Source of the DNA: Eledone cirrhosa
Lineage: Eukaryota
Assembly: GCA_964016885.1 (NCBI GenBank)
Contig: OZ024741.1
Span: 335,606,001-335,670,000, forward strand
DNA length: 64,000 bases
Direction: 5' to 3'
The notes below the pieces were generated by a model. The model was given only the letters and a program-made list of their open reading frames with translations. It was not told where the DNA came from and did no database searches. Shown here piece by piece: positions 18,901-35,300 of the stretch. The first letter of the stretch is position 1; every line of letters begins with the position of its first letter. The position numbers and the translations under genes are program-made.

Positions 18901-19870
18901 ACCACTACAACCAACAAGACACCACCACCTAGCACCACAACCAACAAGACACCACCACCTACGACTACAACCAACAAAACACTACCACCTACCACTACAA
19001 CCAACAAGACACCACCACTTACCACTACAACCAACAAGACACCACCACCTACCACTAGAACCAACAAGACACCACAACCTACCACTACAACCAACAAGAC
19101 ACCACCATGGACCACTACAACCAACAAGACACCAAAACCTACCACTACAACCAACAAGAGACCACCACCTACCACTACAACCAACAAGACATTACCACCT
19201 ACCACTACAACCAACAAGACACCACCACTTACCACTACAACCAACAAGTCACCACCAGCTCCCACAAGAACCAACAAGACACCACAACCTACCACTACAA
19301 CCAACAAGACACCACCACGTACAACTACAACCAACAAAACACCACAACCTACCACTACAACCAACAAGACACCACCACGTACAACTACAACCAACAAGAC
19401 ACCACAACCTACAACTACAACCAACAAGACACCACAACCTACAACTACAACCAACAAGACACCACAACCTACAACTACAACCAACAAGACACCACCACCT
19501 ACAACTACAACCAACAAGACACCACAACCTACCACTACAACCAACAAGACACCACCACCTCCCACTACAGCCAACAAGAGACCACCTCCTACCACTACAA
19601 CCAACAATACACCACAACCAACAAGACACCACCACCTACCACTACAACCAACAAAACACCACCACCTACCACTACAACAAACAAGACACCACCACTTACC
19701 ACTACAACCAACAAGACACCACCACCTACCACTACAACAAACAAGACACCACCACTTACCACTACAACCAACAAGACACCACCACCTACCACTACAACCA
19801 ACAAGACACCACCACCTACTGCTACAACCAACAAGACACCACCACCTACCACTACAACCAACAAAACACC
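12930..19870 (+). repeat. Higher-order tandem duplication inside the array, ~3.45-3.48-kb period
   Basis: Near-identical ORF-track translations occur at offsets 3454/3484 (13291/16745, 14205/17689, 15048/18532, 15623/19107). The copies differ by one extra 30-bp unit and a few substitutions. Boundaries are approximate. Confidence 0.9.
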
Positions 19871-22800
19871 ACCACCTACCACCACAACCAACAAGACACC
19901 ACCACCTACCACTACAACCAACAAGACACCACAACCAGACAGACACCACCACCTACCACTACAACCAACAAAACACCACCACCTACCACTACAACCAACA
20001 AGACACCACCACTTACCACTACAACCAACAAGACACCACCACCTACTGCTACAACCAACAAGACACCACCACCTACCACTACAACCAACAAAACACCACC
20101 ACCTACCACTACAACCAACAAGACACCACCACTTACCACTACAACCAACAAGACACCACCACTTACCACTACAACCAACAACACACCACCACCTACCACC
20201 ACAACCGACAAAACACCACAACCTACCACTACAACCAACAAGACACCACCATCTACCACTACAACAACAAGACACCACCACCTACCACTACAAACAACAA
20301 GACACCACCACCTACCACTACAACCAACAAGACACCACAAGAACCAACAAGACACCACAACCTACCACTACAACCAACAAGACACCAGCACGTACAACTA
20401 CAACCAACAAAACACCACAACCTACAACTACAACCAACAAGACACCACAACATACAACTACACCCAACAAGACACCACAACCTACAACTACAACCAACAA
20501 GACACCACCACCTACCACTACAACCAACAAGACACCACCACCTACCACTACAACCAACAAAACACCACCACCTACCACCACAGCCAACAAGACACCACCA
20601 CCTACCACTACAACCAACAAGACACCACAACCAAACAGACACCACCACCTACCACTACAACCAACAAAACACCACCACCTACCACTACAACCAACAAGAC
20701 ACCACCACTTACCACTACAACCAACAAGACACCACCACCTACCACCACAACCAACAAGACACCACCACCTACCACCACAACCAACAAGACACCACCACCT
20801 ACCACCACAACCAACAAGACACCACAACCTACCACTACAACCTACAAGACACCACCACCTACCACTACAACCAACAAGACACCACCACCTACCACTACAA
20901 CCAACAAGACACCACCACCTACCACCACAACCAACAAGACACCACCACTTACCACTACAACCAACAAGACACCACCACCTACCTCCACAACCAACAAGAC
21001 ACCACCACCTATCACTACAACCAACAAGACACCACCACCTACCACCACAACCAACAAGACAGCACCACCTACCACTAGAACCAACAAGACACCACAACCT
21101 ACCACTACAACCAACAAGACACCACCACCTACCACTACAACCAACAAGACACCACCACCTACCACCACAACCAACAAGACACCCCCACCTACCACTAGAA
21201 CCAACAACACACCACAACCTACCACTACAACCAACAAGACACCACCACCTACCACCACAACCAACAAGACACCACCATGTACCACTACAACCAACAATAC
21301 ACCACAACCTACCACTACAACCAACAAGACACCACCACTTACCACTACAACCAACAAGACACCACCACCTACCACTACAACCAACAAGACACCACCACCT
21401 ACCACTACAACCAACAAGACACCACCACCTGCCACCACAACTAACAAGACACCACCACCTACCACTACAACCAACAAGACACCACCACCTACCACCACAA
21501 CCAACAAGACACCACCACCTACCACTACAGCCAACAAAACACCACCACTTACCACCACAACCAACAAAACAACACCACCTACCACTACATCCAACAAGAC
21601 ACCACCACCTACCACTACAACCAACAAAACACCACCACCTACCACTACAACCAACAAAACAGCACTACCTACCACCACAACCAACAAGACACCACCACCT
21701 ACCACTACAACCAACAAGACACCACAACCTACAACTACGACCAACAAGACACCACAACCTACAACTACAACCAACAAGACACCACCACCTACCACTACAA
21801 CCAAATAGACACCACAACCTACCACTACAACCAACAAGACACCACCACCTCCCACTACAACCAACAAGAGACCACCTCCTACCACTACAACCAACAATAC
21901 ACCACAACCAACAAGACACCACCACCTACCACTACAACCAACAAAACACCACCACCTACCACTACAACAAACAAGACACCACCACTTACCACTACAACCA
22001 ACAAGACACCACCACCTACCACTACAACAAACAAGACACCACCACTTACCACTACAACCAACAAGACACCACCACCTACCACTACAACCAACAAGACACC
22101 ACCACCTACTGCTACAACCAACAAGACACCACCACCTACCACTACAACCAACAAAACACCACCACCTACCACCACAACCAACAAGACACCACCACCTGCC
22201 ACTACAACCAACAAGACACCACAACCAGACAGACACCACCACCTACCACTACAACCAACAAAACACCACCACCTACCACTACAACCAACAAGACACCACC
22301 ACTTACCACTACAACCAACAAGACACCACCACCTACTGCTACAACGAACAAGACACCACCACCTACCACTACAACCAACAAAACACCACCACCTACCACT
22401 ACAACCAACAAGACACCACCACTTACCACTACAACCAACAAGACACCACCACTTACCACTACAACCAACAAGACACCACCACCTACCACCACAACCAACA
22501 AAACACCACCACCTACCACTACAACTAACAAGACACCACCATCTACCACTACAACAAGAAGACACCACCACCTACCACTACAAACAACAAGACACCACCA
22601 CCTACCACTACAACCAACAAGACACCACCAGCTCCCACAAGAACCAACAAGACACCACAACCTACCACTACAACCAACAAGACACCAGCACGTACAACTA
22701 CAACCAACAAAACACCACAACCTACAACTACAACCAACAAGACACCACAACATACAACTACAACCAACAAGACACCACAACCTACAACTACAACCAACAA

Positions 22801-25800
22801 GACACCACCACCTACCACTACAACAAACAAGACACCACAACCTACCACTACAACCAACAAGACACCACCACCTCCCACTACAACCAACAAGACACCACCA
22901 CCTACCACTACAACCAACAAGACACCACAACCAACAAGACACCACCACCTACCACTACAACCAACAAAACACCACCACCTACCACTACAACAAACAAGAC
23001 ACCACCACTTACCACTACAAACAACAAGACACCACCACCTACCACTACAACAAACAAGACACCACCACTTACCACTACAACCAACAAGACACCACCACCT
23101 ACCACTACAACCAACAAGACACCACCACCTACCACTACAACCAACAAAACACCACCACCTACCACCACAGCCAACAAGACACCACCACCTACCACTACAA
23201 CCAACAAGACACCACAACCTAACAGACACCACCACCTACCACTACAACCAACAAAACACCACCACCTACCACTAGAACCAACAAGACACCACCACTTACC
23301 ACTACAACCAACAAGACACCACCACCTACCACCACAACCAACAAGACACCACCACCTACCACCACAACCAACAAGACACCACCACCTACCACCACAACCA
23401 ACAAGACACCACAACCTACCACTACAACCAACAAGACACCACCATGGACCACTACAACCAACAAGACACCACAACCTACCACTACAACCTACAAGACACC
23501 ATCACCTACCACTACAACCAACAAGACACCACCACCTACCACTACAACCAACAAGACACCACCACCTACCCCACAACCAACAAGACACCACCACTTACCA
23601 CTACAACCAACAAGACACCACCACCTACCACCACAACCAACAAGACACCACCACCTATCACTACAACCAACAAGACACCACCACCTACCACCACAACCAA
23701 CAAGACAGCACCACCTACCACTAGAACCAACAAGACACCACAACCTACCACTACAACCAACAAGACACCACCACCTACCACTACAACCAACAAGCCACCA
23801 CCACCTACCACCACAACCAACAAGACACCACCACCTACCACTAGAACCAACAAGACACCACAACCTACCACTACAACCAACAAGACACCACCACCTACCA
23901 CCACAACCAACAAGACACCACCATGTACCACTACAACCAACAATACACCACAACCTACCACTACAACCAACAAGACACCACCACTTACCACTACAACCAA
24001 CAAGACACCACCACCTACCACTACAACCAACAAGACACCACCACCTACCACTACAACCAACAAGACACCACCACCTGCCACCACAACTAACAAGACACCA
24101 CCACCTACCACTACAACCAACAAGACACCACCACCTACCACCACCTACCACTACAGCCAACAAAACACCACCACTTACCACCACAACCAACAAAACAACA
24201 CCACCTACCACTACAACCAACAAGACACCACCACCTACCACTACAACCAACAAAACACCACCACCTACCACTACAACCAACAAAACAGCACCACCTACCA
24301 CCACAACCAACAAGACACCACCACCTACCACTACAACCAACAAGACACCACCACCTACCACCACAACCAACAGGACACCACCACCTACTACTACAACCAA
24401 CAAAACACCACCACCTACCACTACAACCAACAAAACACCACCAGCTACCACTACAACCAACAAGACACCACCACCTACCACCACAACCAACAGGACACCA
24501 CCACCTACTACTACAACCAACAAAACACCACCACCTACCACTACAACCAACAAAACACCACCACCTACCACTACAACTAACAAGACACCACCACCTACCA
24601 CTACTACCAACAAGACACCACCACCTACCACTACAACCAACAAAACACCACCACCTACCACTACAACCAACAAGACACCACCACCTACCACCACAACCAA
24701 CAAGACACCACCACCTACCACTACAACCAACTAGACATCACCACCTACCACCACAACCAACAAGACACCACCACCTACCACCACAACCAACAAGACACCA
24801 CCACCTACCACTACACCCAACAAGACACCACCACCTACCACTACAACCAACAAAACACCACCACCTACCACCACAACCAACAAGACACCGCCACCTACCA
24901 CTACAACCAACAAGACACCACCACCTACCACTACTACCAACAAGACACCACCACCTACCACCACAACCAACAAGACACCACCACCTACCACTACTACCAA
25001 CAAGACACCACCACCTACCACCACAACCAACAAGACACCACCACCTACCACTACAACCAACAAGACACCACCACCTACCACTACAACCAACAAGACACCA
25101 CCACCTAACACCACAACCAACAAGACACCACCATCTACCACTACAACCAACAAGACACCACCACCTACCACCACAACCAGCAAGACACCCCCACCTACCC
25201 CTACTACCAACAAGACACCACCACCTACCACTACAACCAACAAGACACCACCACCTACCACTACAACTAACAAGACACCACCACCTACCACTACAACCAA
25301 AAAGACACCACCACCTACCACCACAACCAACAAAACAACACCACCTACCACTACAACCAACAAGACACCACCACCTACCACTACAACCAACATGACACCA
25401 CCACCTACCACTACAACTAATAAGACACCACGACCTGCCACTACAAACAACAAAACACCAGCACCTACCACTACAAACAACAAGACACCACCACCTACCA
25501 CCACAACCAACAAGACACCAGCACTTACCACCACAGCCAACAAAACCACACCATCTACCACCACAACCAACAAGACACCACCACCTACCACTACAACCAA
25601 CAAGACACCAGCACCTACCACTACAACCAACAAAACACCAGCACCTACCACTACAACCAACAAGACACCACCACCTACCACTACAACCAACAAAATGCAC
25701 CACCTACAAGACACAACCACCTACCACTACAAACAACAATACAGCACCACCAACAAGACACCACCACCTACCACTACAACCAACAAGACACCACCACCAC

Positions 25801-28800
25801 CCACCACAGCCAACAAAACACCACCACCTACCACTACAACCAACAAGACACCACCACCTACCACTACAAACAACAAAACACCAGCACCTACCACTACAAA
25901 CAACAAGACACGACCACCTACCACTACAACCAACAAGACACCACCACCTACAACCACAACCAACAAGACCCAACCACTTACCACTACAACCAACAAGACA
26001 CCACCACCTACCACTACAACCAACAAGACACCACCACCTACCACCACAACCAACAAGACACCACCACCTACCACTACAACCTACAAGACACCACAACCTA
26101 CCACTACAACCAACAAGACACTACCACCTACCACTACAACTAACAAGACACCACCATCTACCACTACAACCAACAAGCCACCACCACCTACCACCACAAC
26201 CAACAAGACACCACCACTTACCACTACAACCAACAAGACACCACCACCTACCACCACAACCAACAAGACACCACCACCTACCACTACAACCAACAGGACA
26301 CCACCACATACCACAACAACTAACAAGACAGCACCACCTACCACTAGAACCAAGAAGACACCACAACCTACCACTACAACCAACAAGACACCACCACCTA
26401 CCACCACAACCAACAAGACACCACCAGCTCACACAAGAACCAACAAGACACCACAACCAACACGACACCACAACCTACCACTACAGCCAACAATACACCA
26501 CCATGTACCACCACAACCAACAAGACACCACAACCTATCACTACAACCAACAAGACACCACCACCTACCACCACAACCAACAAGACACCACCACCTACCA
26601 CCATAACCAACAAAACACCACCACCTACCACTACAACCAACAAGACACCACCACCTACCACTACAACAACAAGACACCGCCACCTACCACTACAAACAAC
26701 AAGACACCACCACCTTCCACCACAACCAACTAGACACCACCAGCTCCCACAAGAACCAACAAGACACCACAACCTACCACTACAACCAACAAGACACCAC
26801 CACGTACCACTACAACCAACAAAACACCACAACCTATAACTACAACCAACAAGACACCACAACCTACAACTACAACCAACAAGACACCACAACCTACAAC
26901 TACAACCAACAAGACACCACCACCTACCACTACAACCAACAAGACACCACAACCTACCACTACAACCAACAAGACACCACCACCTCCCACTACAACCAAC
27001 AAGACACCACCACCTACCACTACAACCAACAAGACTCCACAACCAACAAGACACCACCACCTACCATAAGAACCAACAAAACACCACCACCTACCACTAC
27101 AACAATCAAGACACCACCACTTACCACTACAACCAACAAGACACCACCACCTACCACTACAACCAACAAGCCACTACAACCAAACAGACACCACCACCTA
27201 CCACTACAACCAACAAAACACCACCACCTACCACTACAACCAACAAGACACCACCACTTACCACTACAACCAACAAGACACCACCACCTACCACCACAAC
27301 CAACAAGACACCACCACCTACTGCTACAACCAACAAGACACCACCACCTACCACTACAACCAACAAAACACCACCACCTACCACCACAACCAACAAGACA
27401 CCACCACCTACCACTACAACCAACAAGACACCACAACCAAACAGACACCACCACCTACCACTACAACCAACAAAACACCACCACCTACCACTACAACCAA
27501 CAAGACACCACCACTTACCACTACAACCAACAAGACACCACCACCTACCACCACAACCAACAAGACACCACCACCTACCACCACAACCAACAAGACACCA
27601 CCACCTACCACCACAACCAACAAGACAGCACCACCTACCACTAGAACCAACAAGACACCACAACCTACCACTACAACCAACAAGACACCACCATGGACCA
27701 CTACAACGAACAAGACACCACAACCTACCACTACAACCAACAAGACACCACCACCTACCACTACAACCAACAAGACACCACCACCTACCACTACAACCAA
27801 CAAGACACCACCACCTACCACCACAACCAACAAGACACCACCACTTACCACTACAACCAACAAGACACCACCACCTACCACCACAACCAACAAGACACCA
27901 CCACCTACCACCACAACCAACAAGACAGCACCACCTACCACTAGAACCAACAAGACACCACAACCTATCCACTACAACCAACAAGACACCACCATGGACC
28001 ACTACAACGAACAAGACACCACAACCTACAACTACAATCAACAAGACACCACAACCTACAACTACAACCAACAAGACACCACAACCTACAACTACAACCA
28101 ACAAGACACCACCACCTAGCACTACAACCAACAAGACACCACCACCTACCACTACAACCAACAAGACACCACCACCCCCCACTACAACCAACAAGACACC
28201 AACCCCTACCACTACAACCAACAAGACACCACAACCAACAAGACACCACCACCTACCACTACAACCAACAAAACACCACCACCTACCACTACAACAAACA
28301 AGACACCACCACTTACCACTACAACCAACAAGACACCACCACCTACCACTACAGCAAACAAGACACCACCACTTACCACTACAACCAACAAGACACCACC
28401 ACCTACCACTACAACCAACAAGACACCACCACCTACTGCTACAACCAACAAGACACCACCACCTACCACTACAACCAACAAAACACCACCACCTACCACC
28501 ACAACCAACAAGACACCACCACCTACCAATACAACCAACAAGACACCACAACCAAACAGACACCACCACCTACCACTACAACCAACAAAACACCACCACC
28601 TACCACTACAACCAACAAGACACCACCACTTACCACTACAACCAACAAGACACCACCACCTACCACTAGAACCAACAAGACACCACAACCTACCACTACA
28701 ACCAACAAGACACCACCATGGACCACTACAACCAACAAGACACCACCACCTACCACCACAACCAAGAAAACACCACCACCTACCACTACAACCAACAAGA

Positions 28801-29999
28801 CACCTCCACCTACCACTACAACAACAAGACACCACCACCTACCACTATAAACAACAAGACACCACCACCTACCACTACAACCAACAAGACACCACCAGCT
28901 CCCACAAGAACCAACAAGCACCACAACCTACCACTACAACCAACAAGACACCACCACGTACAACTACAACCAACAAAACACCACAACCTACAACTACAAC
29001 CAACAAGACACCACAACCTACAACTACAACTAACAAGACACCACCACCTACCACTACAACCAACAAGACACCACAACCTACAACTACAACCAACAAGACA
29101 CCACCACCTACCACTACAACCAACAAGACACCACAACCTACCACTACAACCAACAAGACACCACCACCCCCCACTACAACCAACAAGACACCACCACCTA
29201 CCACTACAACCAACAAGACACCACAACCAACAAGACACCACCACCTATCACTACAACCAACAAGACACCACAACCAACAAGACACCACCACCTACCACCA
29301 CAACCAACAAAACACCACCACTTACCACTACAACAAACAAGACACCACCACTTACCACTACAACCAACAAGACACCACCACCTACCACTACAACAAACAA
29401 GACACCACCACTTACCACTACAACCAACAAGACACCACCACCTACCACTACAACCAACAAGACACCACCACCTACTGCTACAACCAACAAGACACCACCA
29501 CCTACCACTACAACCAACAAAACACCACCACCTACCACCACAACCAACAAGACACCACCACCTACCACTACAACCAACAAGACACCACCACCTACCACTA
29601 CAACCAACAAAACACCACCACCTACCGCTACAACCAACAAAACACCACCAACTACCACCACAACCAACAAGACACCACCACTTACCACTACAACCAACAA
29701 GACACCACCACCTACCACTAGAACCAACAAGACACCACAACCTACCACTACAACCAACAAGACACCACCATGGACCACTACAACCAACAAGACACCAAAA
29801 CCTACCACTACAACCAACAAGACACCACCATCGACCACTACAACCAACAAGACACCACCACCTACCACCACAACCAACAAAACACCACCACCTACCACTA
29901 CAACCAACAAGACACCACCACCTACCACTACAACAACAAGACACCACCACCTACCACTATAAACAACAAGACACCACCACCTACCACTACAACCAACAA

Positions 30000-32900
30000 G
30001 ACACCACCAGCTCCCACAAGAACCAACAAGCACCACAACCTACCACTACAACCAACAAGACACCACCACGTACAACTACAACCAACAAAACACCACAACC
30101 TACAACTACAACCAACAAAACACCACAACCTACAACTACAACCAAAAAGACACCACCACCTACCACTACAACCAACAAGACACCACAACCTACCACTACA
30201 ACCAACAAGACACCACCACGTACAACTACAACCAACAGGACACCACAACCTACAACTACAACCAACAAGACACCACAACCTACAACTACAACCAACAAGT
30301 CACCACAACCTACAACTACAACCAACAAGACACCACCACCTCCCACTACAACCAACAAGACACCACCACCTACCACTACAACCAACAAGACACCACAACC
30401 AACAAGACACCACCACCTACCACTACAACCAACAAAACACCACCACCTACCACTACAACAAACAAGACACCACCACTTACCACTACAACCAACAAGACAC
30501 CACCACCTACCACCACAACCAACAAGACACCACCACCTACCACTACAACCAACAAGACACCACAACCAACAAGACAGCACCACCTACCACTAGAACCAAC
30601 AAGACACCACAACCTACCACTACAACCAACAAGACACCACAACCTACCACTACAACCAACAAGACACCACCATGGACCAATACAACCAACAAGACACCAC
30701 AACCTACCACTACAACCAACAAGACACCACCACCTACCACCACAACCAACAAGACACCACCACCTACCACTACAACCAACAATACACCACCACCTACCAC
30801 CACAACTAACAAGACAGCACCACCTACCACTAGAACCAAGAAGACACCACAACCTACCACTACAACCAACAATACACCACAACCTACCACTACAACCAAC
30901 AATACACCACAACCTATCACTACAACCAACAAGACACCACCACCTACCACCACAACCAACAAGACACCACCACCTACCACCACAACCAACAAAACACCAC
31001 CACCTACCACTACAACCAACAAGACACCACCACCTACCACTACAACAACAAGACACCACCACCTACCACTACAAACAACAAGACACCACCACCTACCACC
31101 ACAACCAACAAGACACCTCCAGCTCCCACAAGAACCAACAAGACACCACAACCTACAACTACAACAAACAAGACACCACAACCTACCACTACAACCAACA
31201 AGACACCACCACCTACCACTACAACCAACAAGACACCACCACGTACAACTACAGCCAACAAAACACCACAACCTACAACTACAACCAACAAGACACCACA
31301 ACCTACAACTACAACAAACAAGACACCACCACCTACCACCACAACCAACAAGACACCACCACTTACCACTACAACCAACAAGACACCACCACCTACCACC
31401 ACAACCAACAAGACACCACCACCTACCACTACAACCAACAAGACACCACCACCTACCACCACAACCAACAAGACAGCACCACCTACCACGAGATACAACA
31501 AGACACCACAACCTACCACTACAACCAACAAGACACCACCACCTACCACTACACCAACAAGACACCACAACCTACCACTACAACCAACAAGACACCACCA
31601 CCTACCATTACAACCAACAAGACACCACCACCTACCACTACAACCAACAAGACACCACCACCTACCACCACAACCAACAAGACACCACCACTTACCACTA
31701 CAACCAACAAGACACCACCACCTACCACCACAACCAACAAGACACCACCACCTACCACTACAACCAACAAGACACCACCACCTACCACCACAACCAACAA
31801 GACAGCACCACCTACCACTAGAACCAACAAGACACCACAACCTACCACTACAACCAACAAGACACCACCACCTACCACCACAACCAAGAAGACACCACCA
31901 TGTACCACTACAACCAACAATACACCACCACCTACCACTACAACCAACAAGACACCACCACCTACCACCACAACCAACAATACACCACCACCTACCACTA
32001 CAACCAACAAGACACCACCACCTACCACCACAACCAACAAGACACCACCACCTACCACCACAACCAACAAGACACCACAACCTACCACCACAACCAACAA
32101 GACAGCACCACCTACCACTAGAACCAACAAGACACCACCACCTACCACTACAACCAACAAGACACCACCACCTACCACCACAACCAACAATCACCACCAC
32201 CTACCACCACAACCAACAAGACACCACCACCTACCACGACAACCAACAAGACACCACCACCTACCACCACAACCAACAAGACACCACCACCTACCACCAC
32301 AACCAACAAGACACCACCACCTACCACTTCAACCAACAAGACACCACAACCTACCACCACAACCAACAAGACACCACCACCTCCCACAAGAACCAACAAG
32401 AAACCACAACCTACCACTACAACCAACAAGACACCACAACCTACCACTACAACCAACAAGACACCACAACCTACCACTACAACCAACAAGACACCACAAC
32501 CTACCACTACAACCAACAAGACACCACAACCTACAACTACAACCAACAAGACACCACAACCTACAACTACAACCAACAAGACACCACCACCTACCACTAC
32601 AACCAACAAGACACCACCAGCACCCACAAGAACCAACAAGCACCACAACCTACCACTACAACCAACAAGACACCACCACGTACAACTACAACCAACAAAA
32701 CACCACAACCTACAACTACAACCAACAAAACACCACAACCTACAACTACAACCAACAAGACACCACCACCTACCACTACAACCAACAAGACACCACAACC
32801 TACCACTACAACCAACAAGACACCACCACGTACAACTACAACCAACAGGACACCACAACCTACAACTACAACCAACAAGACACCACAACCTACAACTACA

Positions 32901-35300
32901 ACCAACAAGTCACCACAACCTACAACTACAACCAACAAGACACCACCACCTACCACTACAACCAACAAGACACCACAACCTACCACTACAACCAACAAGA
33001 CACCACCACCTCCCACTACAACCAACAAGACACCACCACCTACCACTACAACCAACAAGACACCACAACCAACAAGACACCACCACCTACCACTACAACC
33101 AACAAAACACCACCACCTACCACTACAACAAACAAGACACCACCACTTACCACTACAACCAACAAGACACCACCACCTACCACCACAACCAACAAGACAC
33201 CACCACCTACCACTACAACCAACAAGACACCACAACCAACAAGACAGCACCACCTACCACTAGAACCAACAAGACACCACAACCTACCACTACAACCAAC
33301 AAGACACCACAACCTACCACTACAACCAACAAGACACCACCATGGACCAATACAACCAACAAGACACCACAACCTACCACTACAACCAACAAGACACCAC
33401 AACCTACCACTACAACCAACAAGACACCACCATGGACCAATACAACCAACAAGACACCACAACCTACCACTACAACCAACAAGACACCACCACCTACCAC
33501 CACAACCAACAAGACACCACCACCTACCACTACAACCAACAAGACACCACCACCTACCACCACAACTAACAAGACATCACCACCTACCACTAGAACCAAG
33601 AAGACACCACAACCTACCACTACAACCAACAATACACCACAACCTACCACTACAGCCAACAATACACCACCATGTACCACTACAACCAACAATACACCAC
33701 AACCTATCACTACAACCAACAAGACACCACCACCAACCACCACAACCAACAAGACACCACCACCTACCACCACAACCAACAAAACACCACCACCTACCAC
33801 TACAACCAACAAGACACCACCACCTACCACTACAACAACAAGACACCACCACCTACCACTACAAACAACAAGACACCACCACCTACCACCACAACCAACA
33901 AGACACCACCACCTACCACCACAACCAACAAGACACCTCCAGCTCCCACAAGAACCAACAAGACACCACAACCTACAACTACAACAAACAAGACACCACA
34001 ACCTACCACTACAACCAACAAGACACCACCACCTACCACTACAACCAACAAGACACCACCACGTACAACTACAGCCAACAAAACACCACAACCTACAACT
34101 ACAACCAACAAGACACCACAACCTACAACTACAACAAACAAGACACCACCACCTACCACCACAACCAACAAGACACCACCACTTACCACTACAACCAACA
34201 AGACACCACCACCTACCACCACAACCAACAAGACACCACCACCTACCACTACAACCAACAAGACACCACCACCTACCACCACAACCAACAAGACAGCACC
34301 ACCTACCACTAGATACAACAAGACACCACAACCTACCACTACAACCAACAAGACACAACCACCTACCACTACACCAACAAGACACCACAACCTACAACTA
34401 CAACCAACAAGACACCACCACCTACCACTACAACCAACAAGACACCACCACCTACCACTACAACCAACAAGACACCACCACCTACCACCACAACCAACAA
34501 GACACCACCACTTACCACTACAACCAACAAGACACCACCACCTACCACCACAACCAACAAGACACCACCACCTACCACTACAACCAACAAGACACCACCA
34601 CCTACCACCACAACCAACAAGACAGCACCACCTACCACTAGAACCAACAAGACACCACAACCTACCACTACAACCAACAAGACACCACCACCTACCACCA
34701 CAACCAACAAGACACCACCATGTACCACTACAACCAACAATACACCACCACCTACCACTACAACCAACAAGACACCACCACCTACCACCACAACCAACAA
34801 TACACCACCACCTACCACTACAACCAACAAGACACCACCACCTACCACCACAACCAACAAGACACCACCACCTACCACCACAACCAACAAGACACCACAA
34901 CCTACCACCACAACCAACAAGACAGCACCACCTACCACTAGAACCAACAAGACACCACCACCTACCACTACAACCAACAAGACACCACCACCTACCACCA
35001 CAACCAACAAGACATCACCAACTAACACCACAACCAACAAGACACCACCACCTACCACCACAACCAACAAGACACCACCACCTACCACCACAACCAACAA
35101 GACACCACCACCTACCACCACAACCAACAAGACACCACCACCTACCACTTCAACCAACAAGACACCACAACCTACCACCACAACCAACAAGACACCACCA
35201 CCTCCCACAAGAACCAACAAGAAACCACAACCTACCACTACAACCAACAAGACACCACAACCTACAACTACAACCAACAAGACACCACAACCTACAACTA
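30000..35300 (+). repeat. Higher-order tandem duplication inside the array, ~2.6-2.8-kb period
   Basis: The same order of variants is seen at 29987/32597, 30543/33213 and 31900/34720. The offset grows in multiples of 30 bp. Confidence 0.85.
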
